Shown one piece after another: positions 43,535 through 51,500 of a stretch of 64,000 bases of DNA. Below the pieces are notes generated by a model. That model saw nothing but the letters and a program-made list of their open reading frames with translations, made no database searches and had not been told where the DNA came from. Each line of letters starts with the position of its first letter. Positions within the stretch are counted from its first letter, which is position 1. The translations under genes were made by a program, and so were the position numbers. This stretch comes from Kiritimatiellia bacterium (GTDB lineage Bacteria; Verrucomicrobiota; Kiritimatiellia; RFP12; UBA1067), in contig JAZRWB010000011.1 in the NCBI GenBank assembly GCA_045599445.1, forward strand, positions 3,090-67,089, given 5' to 3'.

Positions 43535-44893
43535 TTGATTCTTAAACATCGAGATCGTGAACTCCTGCGGTTCGAATGGCTTGAACCGCGGGGGGTTCGT
43601 GTCCTCTCGGTCAATGAGGCGGAGAAAAAGTTTCTGCCGCTTGAGATGCACGGCGAGGCGACGGACAAGACGCTTTGGGAGTGGCTACGACATCGAATTG
43701 TCCCCAAACATCGAAATTACATTCTTGATATGCTCGGACGATTAGGTATCGCCTATGAAGTCCGCTCAATCATTGAAACTTCGCAAGCTCTTTCGCTCAA
43801 TGACGTTTATTGGGTAGCCTCTGATCGTTCCAACGCTACTTGGGCGAAGACGAATCTCTACGTCAATCCATTTTCGCCAACGCTTGCACGTCTCGCCTTT
43901 ACTGGTGGTGAGTCGCATGGAGTTATCTCTTCTACCTCGCCCGAGTTCACAACCAATGGTATGCTCGCAAAATGCTGGCGCAAAAAGAGCGATGGTCGAA
44001 TTTATCTTTACAAATCTGGTACCGAGCATTTTGCCAATGCTGGCTTTGAGCCTTATTCGGAGTTTTATGCCGCACAGATTGCGGACGCATTAGGCCTTGA
44101 ACATGTTCCTTACGGGCTGGAAAAGTTCAAAGGGCGACTTTGTTCTACCTGTCCGCTTTTTACTAATGATAAGGTGGGCTTTGTTCCTGCCGGTCGTATT
44201 AGGTCAACCGAAGAAGCGCTTCAAGATACCAACTTCGCAAAGCTATTCTTCTTTGATGCGATTATTCTAAACACGGATCGTCATCTTGGCAACTTTGGTT
44301 ATCTCATTAACAACGATACGAATGAAATTATCGGTGCCGCCCCGATTTTCGACAATGGCTATGGGTTGTTGGCGCTTGCATTAGATCGTCAGAGTGATCC
44401 TAAGCATCACGAGTGGGATGACTTAACGAAATACACGGGGCACATCAGTCCGGCACTCTATCCCCGCTGGCTGGGCTTCCCCGGTGGAATATCAACCGAA
44501 ATGAAATCTCTCGCGATGAAACTCAAGGGGTTTCGTTTCAAACGTCACGAAAATTACAATTTGCCAGAGCGTCGGCTTTCGAAACTTGAGGAATTTCTCC
44601 AGAATCGGCTTTCTGCAATTATTGAATTTGGAGAAAAAGCCGATGATTTGCTGAAAATATCGACGAAAAGTGGCGGGGAACCCCGTCTGGAATTTGGCGG
44701 ACATGAAGATTCCCTCTCGGTTCAAATTCTCGAAAGCATGTCGGCCGATCCGTTCGTTTCACAACAGGAGCTTTCGGAGCTCTTGTCAACACCTGTTCGG
44801 ACGATTCAGCGACAGATTGTAATGCTGAAGCGTGAAGGTAAAATTAAACTCGTAGGCTCTGGTCGAACGAAGCGTTGGGAGGTCATCAAATGA
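43535..44893 (+). CDS. HipA-like serine/threonine kinase domain fused to a C-terminal winged-helix DNA-binding domain
   Basis: 452 aa with a TTG start. Catalytic-loop motif ILNTDRHLGNFGYL (DxHxxN), metal-binding APIFDNGYG, P-loop-like TTNGMLAKCWRK. C-terminal ELSELLSTPVRTIQRQIVMLKREGKIKLVGSGRTKRWEV. Confidence 0.7.
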   Translation: MILKHRDRELLRFEWLEPRGVRVLSVNEAEKKFLPLEMHGEATDKTLWEWLRHRIVPKHRNYILDMLGRLGIAYEVRSIIETSQALSLNDVYWVASDRSNATWAKTNLYVNPFSPTLARLAFTGGESHGVISSTSPEFTTNGMLAKCWRKKSDGRIYLYKSGTEHFANAGFEPYSEFYAAQIADALGLEHVPYGLEKFKGRLCSTCPLFTNDKVGFVPAGRIRSTEEALQDTNFAKLFFFDAIILNTDRHLGNFGYLINNDTNEIIGAAPIFDNGYGLLALALDRQSDPKHHEWDDLTKYTGHISPALYPRWLGFPGGISTEMKSLAMKLKGFRFKRHENYNLPERRLSKLEEFLQNRLSAIIEFGEKADDLLKISTKSGGEPRLEFGGHEDSLSVQILESMSADPFVSQQELSELLSTPVRTIQRQIVMLKREGKIKLVGSGRTKRWEVIK

Positions 44894-46989
44894 AGCGTTC
44901 TAAAACAAACAAGCTTTTACTCGCAATAACTCTTTTGGTTATTGTCGCATTTGGCGTTTATCGCTTTCAAAGGAATGAGTTGAAGGAGAGAGTCGAAGGG
45001 GAAGTGAAAGTCGAACAAGGGAATGATCTCCACTGTTCAACTTCGACTTCAATTACTAACACCATCTCCCAACCTACCCCTCCACCTCCACCTCAACCTT
45101 CAACCTCAACCCCTCCGCCTCCCGCCACCACCTCTCGCGGTACTTCCGTCTATACCATCGTCGACTCGAAGGACAAGGTCCATACCGCGTTCAAGGAGAG
45201 CGCCGATATTCGGATCGTCGGTTTAGTAGGTCGCGCCAAGGCGATAGTCGAGGTTAGCGAGAAGGGCAAGGCCGAGCTCGAGGCGAATCCGCGCCTTACT
45301 TTCGAGGGCGTTCCCGGAAAGACGTTCAAAGACGTTAAGCTGCGTGCGGGCGAGCTTACGGTCGTTCCCTTGCGGACGGAAGACCTTGAACTTATCGAGC
45401 GCGTCGTCAAGGCGCATGGCGGCGAGGTGAAGGGGCGCTGTGGAGTTATGGAGAATCCCGACTTGCGCATTGTCGCTACCGACGAGACGATCGAGGCGTT
45501 GATGGCGCTTCCCGAAGCGCGTTGGATTGAGAACTATGAAATGCCAGTTTTCTTTAACTACGACGCGGCGCGAAAGATGAAGGTTAATGAATGCTGGCCA
45601 AGCGAGGCGGGTGATGATTGCGGGACTGTAGGACTTAATCTCACTGGCGCGGGCCAGCTCCTGACGACTTGCGACTCAGGCATTGATACGGGAAATATGG
45701 AGACGATGCACCCCGACATCAAGCCCAATCTTGCCGGCTTTGCGCAGACCTATCCAGGGGAAACAAAAGCTTATGACAAAAATAAGCACGGCACGCATAC
45801 AGCTGGGTCAATTATCGGTACAGGTGCAATGAGTGAGGGCAGGTATAAGGGCATGGCATACGAGGCGAAACTTTGGGCGTGGTTCGGTGGCTGGTATACT
45901 GGAAGTGGAATTCTTCCAAGGGATGAGCTTAATTACAATTTCCGTCCAACCAACCAGAAGTCCTACAACGATTATTGTGCGTCGAACGGGATCGTCGCCA
46001 ACATCTTCAGCGGCTCGTACGGCGGGGGACAGACGGCTTCATATACCGGCACCAGCCGTTCTGCGGACGACTATTGTTGGAGAAACCCTGACTTCCTTCC
46101 ATGCTTTGCAGTTGGTAACTATTTTAGCGCTGGCGGACTTTCTGATTTCGGATCAGCCAAGAATGTATTGGCAGTCGGCGCATCGGAGGGCGACAAGGTT
46201 GCGGGCTATGGATCTAAAGGCCCGACGAAGGACAATCGCATCAAGCCCGATATCGTCGCGCCTGGCTCGGTAACTTCGTGCAACACCGTCGGTGGCGATA
46301 CGCCAACTCAATTAACTGAAAACTATTATCGCGCAGAGGCGGGAACATCCATGTCCACCCCACTCACTGCGGGCGTGTGTGCACTTGTGCGTGAGTGGCT
46401 TATTAAGAATAAAGGGTTTAATGAAGTGAACCGGAAACCTTCGTCTGCGCTCATAAAAGCCATCTTGATGGGAGGGGCAATTGATCTTGGAGCTGACAAG
46501 ACCCAACAAGGAGCTGGGCGCGTCAATCTTCGCTCGTCGATTGCGCCAGAGAACAAATCCGTATACATAAAAGATTACATTCCGTTCCAAGAGAATTTAA
46601 GTATAACTTTTACTTTTACTACTATGCTTCCATCAACGTTTGATGCGCAACTTGTGTGGGTTGATTATCCAGGTACGGTTAACGAAGATAAGACTACGCC
46701 TATGCTCGTAAATGATCTTGATTTGAAATTAGTTAAGGTAAATGGTGATACTGAGACTAATGTGGCGTATGGCAATGGAGGGGACGAGCCAGATCGACTT
46801 AATAACGCCGAGGCGATTCACGAGACAAGTCTCGCGGCAGGCACTTACAAGGTGGTAGTCGACTCGTATAGTATTCCATACGATAGTTCAACGGGTGGTG
46901 CGGCCGCGCTTTATATGAAGGGTGCGTTTAACGCAAATAACGTGAAAGTCCACTCTCCCATTCAACCTTTTAGAATCATAGTAAGGTAA
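44890..46989 (+). CDS. Membrane-anchored S8 subtilisin-like serine protease with Pro/Thr-rich stalk and pro-domain-like region
   Basis: Start MKRSKTNKLLLAITLLVIVAFGV (ATGA overlap with the upstream stop). QPTPPPPPQPSTSTPPPPATTS linker. Catalytic triad contexts TTCDSGIDTG (Asp), HGTHTAGSI (His), GTSMSTPLTAG (Ser). Confidence 0.85.
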   Translation: MKRSKTNKLLLAITLLVIVAFGVYRFQRNELKERVEGEVKVEQGNDLHCSTSTSITNTISQPTPPPPPQPSTSTPPPPATTSRGTSVYTIVDSKDKVHTAFKESADIRIVGLVGRAKAIVEVSEKGKAELEANPRLTFEGVPGKTFKDVKLRAGELTVVPLRTEDLELIERVVKAHGGEVKGRCGVMENPDLRIVATDETIEALMALPEARWIENYEMPVFFNYDAARKMKVNECWPSEAGDDCGTVGLNLTGAGQLLTTCDSGIDTGNMETMHPDIKPNLAGFAQTYPGETKAYDKNKHGTHTAGSIIGTGAMSEGRYKGMAYEAKLWAWFGGWYTGSGILPRDELNYNFRPTNQKSYNDYCASNGIVANIFSGSYGGGQTASYTGTSRSADDYCWRNPDFLPCFAVGNYFSAGGLSDFGSAKNVLAVGASEGDKVAGYGSKGPTKDNRIKPDIVAPGSVTSCNTVGGDTPTQLTENYYRAEAGTSMSTPLTAGVCALVREWLIKNKGFNEVNRKPSSALIKAILMGGAIDLGADKTQQGAGRVNLRSSIAPENKSVYIKDYIPFQENLSITFTFTTMLPSTFDAQLVWVDYPGTVNEDKTTPMLVNDLDLKLVKVNGDTETNVAYGNGGDEPDRLNNAEAIHETSLAAGTYKVVVDSYSIPYDSSTGGAAALYMKGAFNANNVKVHSPIQPFRIIVR

Positions 46990-46993
46990 TAAA

Positions 46994-48550
46994 ATGAAAC
47001 AAACACAAGCGAAGCAACTTTTGTCTTTGGTAACAATAATTGCTATGTTGTATCTTATGCCTTTTGCTTCCTGGGCAAACTATAACTCGGCGCGAAAGAT
47101 GAAGGTTAATGAATGCTGGCCAAGCGAGGTGGGCGATGATTGCGGAGCTACGGGACTTAATCTCACTGGCGCGGGACAGCTTATTACAACCTCGGATACG
47201 GGTATTGATACTGGTAATTTGGAGACGATGCATCCAGATCTCAAGCCGAATGTCATAGGCGTTAATGTGAGCTATCCTAATTATGCGGCCGAGTATGATA
47301 TGTATAGTCATGGCACGCACACTGCTGGATCAATGGTTGGTGTTGGCGCAATGACCGACCCAGAGGGCTACTACCGTGGTATAGCGTATGGTGCGAAACT
47401 TTGGGCGTGGATGTGCGGAGCAAAAGATGGAAAAGGGGGATCGTATATTGTAGAGCCAATTAACTATGCGTTTCGTCCGCCGGATTACATTGAGTCGTAT
47501 TCAAAAAGCGGAATGATCTCTCACCTTTATAGTGCCTCGTATGGTTCGGATGGACCCGACTATCGTGGACGGTATTTGGCAACTACAAAGAGTATTGACG
47601 ACTACTGCTGGAACAACCCCGATTTCCTTCCAGTTTGGGCGGCGGCGAATTCGGGCGAAGAAGGTGAGACAACATTAGCAGCGCAAGCTTGTGCTAAGAA
47701 CGCGCTAGTGGTTGGCGCGTCAGACGGAGATGCGGTTGCAAGTTTTTCTTCGCGTGGGCCAACCAAAGATGGTCGCACGAAGCCCGATCTTTGCTCGCCC
47801 GGCAAAAGTGTATACTCCTGTAATTCAACGGTTGGTAAATATGCTGACTATGGATATTATGTTTCGTTGAGCGGAACATCAATGGCAACTCCGCTTACTG
47901 CCGGAACGTGTGCGCTCGTGCGCGAGTGGCTCATTAGGGATAGGGGCTTTAATGAAACCGACAAGCTTCCTTCCTCGGCGCTCATCAAGGCCATCTTGAT
48001 GGGCGGTGCGACGAAGCTTCGAAATGTTGCGAAGACGGCGCAGGGCGAGGGGAGGATAAATCTTCGCTCGTCGATTGCGCCGGACGACGGTCTCAAGGTC
48101 TATCTTAAAGACCGCATTCCTTTCGCCGAAGGCATACAAACCGTCTTTACCTTCACTACTACCGAAGCGAATCCCTTGGACGCCCAACTCGTTTGGATTG
48201 ACTATCCGGGATCGGAAACCGATGCACAAGAGGAGTCGCGACTTGTCAACAATCTTGACTTGTCGCTAATCAAATGGGACTCGGAGGCCAATAAGCAGGA
48301 TATGAACTTCAATAAGTGCTACGGTAATGGCGGCGAAGAGGCAGATAAGATTAACAACGCCGAAGCGATACACTTAAGCGAGCTACCCGCCGGAACCTAT
48401 AAGGTAGTAGTCGCGTCCGAAAACATTCCGCACAATAGCACCGAAGGTGGCGCGGCCGCGCTTTACCTCAAGGGCGCTTTCAACGAGAATGCCGTTCGCA
48501 CCAGCGACAAACTTGAAGACACCCATTCAGTTAAGATAATTGTGAGGTAA
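46994..48550 (+). CDS. Secreted S8 subtilisin-like serine protease, paralogue lacking the stalk/pro-domain region
   Basis: 518 aa. Signal peptide, then directly NYNSARKMKVNECW... Triad contexts TTSDTGIDTG, HGTHTAGSM, GTSMATPLTAG. Shares a 42-nt identical tract with the upstream paralogue. Confidence 0.85.
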   Translation: MKQTQAKQLLSLVTIIAMLYLMPFASWANYNSARKMKVNECWPSEVGDDCGATGLNLTGAGQLITTSDTGIDTGNLETMHPDLKPNVIGVNVSYPNYAAEYDMYSHGTHTAGSMVGVGAMTDPEGYYRGIAYGAKLWAWMCGAKDGKGGSYIVEPINYAFRPPDYIESYSKSGMISHLYSASYGSDGPDYRGRYLATTKSIDDYCWNNPDFLPVWAAANSGEEGETTLAAQACAKNALVVGASDGDAVASFSSRGPTKDGRTKPDLCSPGKSVYSCNSTVGKYADYGYYVSLSGTSMATPLTAGTCALVREWLIRDRGFNETDKLPSSALIKAILMGGATKLRNVAKTAQGEGRINLRSSIAPDDGLKVYLKDRIPFAEGIQTVFTFTTTEANPLDAQLVWIDYPGSETDAQEESRLVNNLDLSLIKWDSEANKQDMNFNKCYGNGGEEADKINNAEAIHLSELPAGTYKVVVASENIPHNSTEGGAAALYLKGAFNENAVRTSDKLEDTHSVKIIVR

Positions 48551-48553
48551 AAT

Positions 48554-51500
48554 ATGCAGAAAGTTCTTTTCTCGCTGGGATTGGTCGGCGGCCTTATTAT
48601 AAGCGCCTTGGCCGACGAAAAGCCGATCTATCTCATGGTTGCGCCGCATGAGCTTTACGACTCACTCAAGTGGTACGTTGGCGAGCGCGAGAAGACCCAT
48701 CCCGAAGTCAAGTTCGACATCGTCGATACCAAGACGATTTACGATACGATTCCGTACGGACAGGGCGGATGGGGCAATCCACGTAATCCGGCCGAATCCA
48801 TTCACAAGTATCTGCGTCAGTATTACAAGAGTTATCCCAATCTCAAGTACGTCGTCTTGGGCGGCGCGTGGTACGACGCGACGAACTTTCGCGGAATGAA
48901 CCCCGTCTATTTCCGCAATGATGACAGCGAGGTGACTCCCGATAATGCGATTCCCGGCATTTTCTGTCCCTTCCTCTCGACCTTCGGCGGCAATTATCCA
49001 AGCGATATGTTTTACGGGTGCTTAAACGAGAAGGGCGCTTATCCGTGGGATGCGAATGGGGATGGACAGTATATGGACGAAGAGGAGTGCCGTGAAAAGC
49101 AAGTGGATGTAATTCCGAGTGTCGCGGTCGCACGGCTCTCGTTCATTCCGCGTCCCGAGATCAAGGATGCGAACGGACGGATGCTCAATCAGCACGAGAT
49201 GCTCACCAACTATCTCCATAAACTCAATCGCGCCGAAAGGGCGGACTTTGCGGGTCGCGCGAAGTACGGCGCGGAAGGGAGCTGGGTCAACGGCAGTCAG
49301 CCCAACAACTCGGGCGACATGGATCGCCAGGAATTCGAGTTCTACGACTTCGCGCCGAATATGGGCGACCCGCGCTCGACGAAGACCCACGGCGATGAAG
49401 AGGCGATGAGCCGACGCGACCTTAAGAATATTGCCAATAAGCATCCTATTCTTCAATGTAAGACGCTTAACGACTCGACCAAGACCGCGCGTGGGCTGAG
49501 CGAGTCCAACGTTTCGGACGACTTCTTCAATTCCGATATGGATTACGCGTGGGTCTATTCGCACGGCTGGGCGATGGGCGGCTCGTACTTCAGCGCGAGC
49601 GCCTACACGTCGCACAGGGGACTTCATAAGTTTCTCAATGCCGCGATTCCCTGCGATACGGGCATGATCGACTACTACGAGAAGGCGAACGGCAAGACGT
49701 ATCTCCATTGGTGTCTCGGCTCGTCCGGCTTGATGAGCCCCGATGCCGGCTTTTTGGCGTCCGTCAACAATACGCGCTATGGCGTAGAAGGCGAAAGCGC
49801 CAGCAACGGACTTAAGAAGTACCTTGATATACACTTCGCCCACAACCACGAAACGGCGGGCGAGGCGTGGCTGAACGCAATCTTGGAGCAACACCGCGAT
49901 CACTTCGCTCATGCGTCGTGGATGGTGCAGCGCAACTACGCAATCGCGATCTTCCACGGCGATCCGCTCGTTAGAATTGCGGATGATGAAGATGTGACAA
50001 TTGCGGGCGAGACGTGGGACGCCGTGCAAAGTGTCAAGGACGCAACGATTACCTCCTCTACGCTAAGCGTTCCAACCTCGGTCGCAATGATGAGCGCAAA
50101 GCTTACGGCGGATAGCGACTGGACCCTTACGAGCGAACACGAATTTCGCGTAATGAATACGCTTAGCGCCCCCGTAGGCCACGCGCTTACTATCAACGCG
50201 CCAGGCGGCGTTGGCAAGGGGATTGAGTTTAGCGAAGCGAATGAACTCAACAAAGTCATTCTAAACTCGCCCGCCTACTTCTACTTGGGCGGACTTACGA
50301 ACGCCAAAGAGCTGGCGCTTACTGGCGAGGGCGCGGTCGTCGAAGCGGATAATCTTAAAGCGGTGGACGCACTTTCCTTTAATGGCTCCAAGCACAGCGG
50401 CGCACCGAATATCTTGCGTAGCCGCACGAAAGGAGCGCTCAAGAACTATCCGTCGCTTGCGCTAAAATCGACCGCGCTTGAACTGCAAACGTGGGAGCCG
50501 TTCGAGGGGGCGGACGAGCCCTTGAATCTTGCGCTCGACGATGCGGACTTGATTGTCGGGCAAAATCCCTATTGGGGACTTACGGGCTATGGCGAAACCC
50601 TTTCGGGCGCGATGGCCCTCGCGAATGGATCGAAGCTTAAGGTGAAGTGCACTACCGAGGCGGTTCTCGATTCGCTTAACCTTACTTCGACTGGCAATGG
50701 TAACGCGCTGGAGTCCGTCGATGGAGGCATCTTCGGGCTTAAAGGAACGACGACGATTACCCTTGATCCCGGGACGACCTTTACGATGGTCGCAGAATTC
50801 AAGGACTTAGGTAGCGGCAAGATTGTCTTCCTCTCTCCCAATGCGACGGCCGACAATCCCGCCAAGGTCGATTTCACGCAAGCGAAACTTGCCGGCGCAG
50901 TGGAGCTCGGGGAGAATGTGAGATTGGCCGATCCTTCCATCATTACATGGAGCGAAAAAGAAGAGGGGCTTATTGCGAGCGAGCTTTTGCCGAATACGAA
51001 GATTTTCTTCCCGAATATGAGTGAAAGCCCATGGGTGGTGGATGTCGTGGGGGCGGTGAAGCTGGGGCCGTCTTTCTTTGCGAATAATGCGACGCAGTAT
51101 ATCTTTATTGACTATAGTTTCGTTGAAGAGGAGGTCTCCTCGATCACCACTGATTCGCTGGCGATTATTGGAGATACGCGCTTCTGGCTTCCGCTTACCC
51201 TCAATAAACTCGTAGTTACGGGCGAGTTCGGTTGCACGGCTACTTTGAACTGCCCGGATGTCGTAATCGAAAGCGGCGGCAAGTTCCGCTTGGAAGGCGA
51301 ACCCAAGGCGAATATCGTTCTTCGCGATGGCGCGATTTTGAAAGCGACGATTGACGCCTGGGAAGAACTGCCTACAAACCTAACTTGGAACGTGGGCACT
51401 ACGATTGCCTGGGAGGGCGAAGTCTCGATTGATGTGTCCGAGATTAGGGAATTTCTTACGGAGGAGCCGATTACGCTTATCGCGGGCGAGGCGCATATTT

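Noticed and set aside
43566-43590. tRNA-like GGTTCGAAT T-loop signature and 7-bp hairpin GCGGTTC...GAACCGC
   Set aside because: No acceptor, D or anticodon arms can be drawn around it. It lies in frame inside the HipA-like coding sequence (LLRFEWLEPRG).
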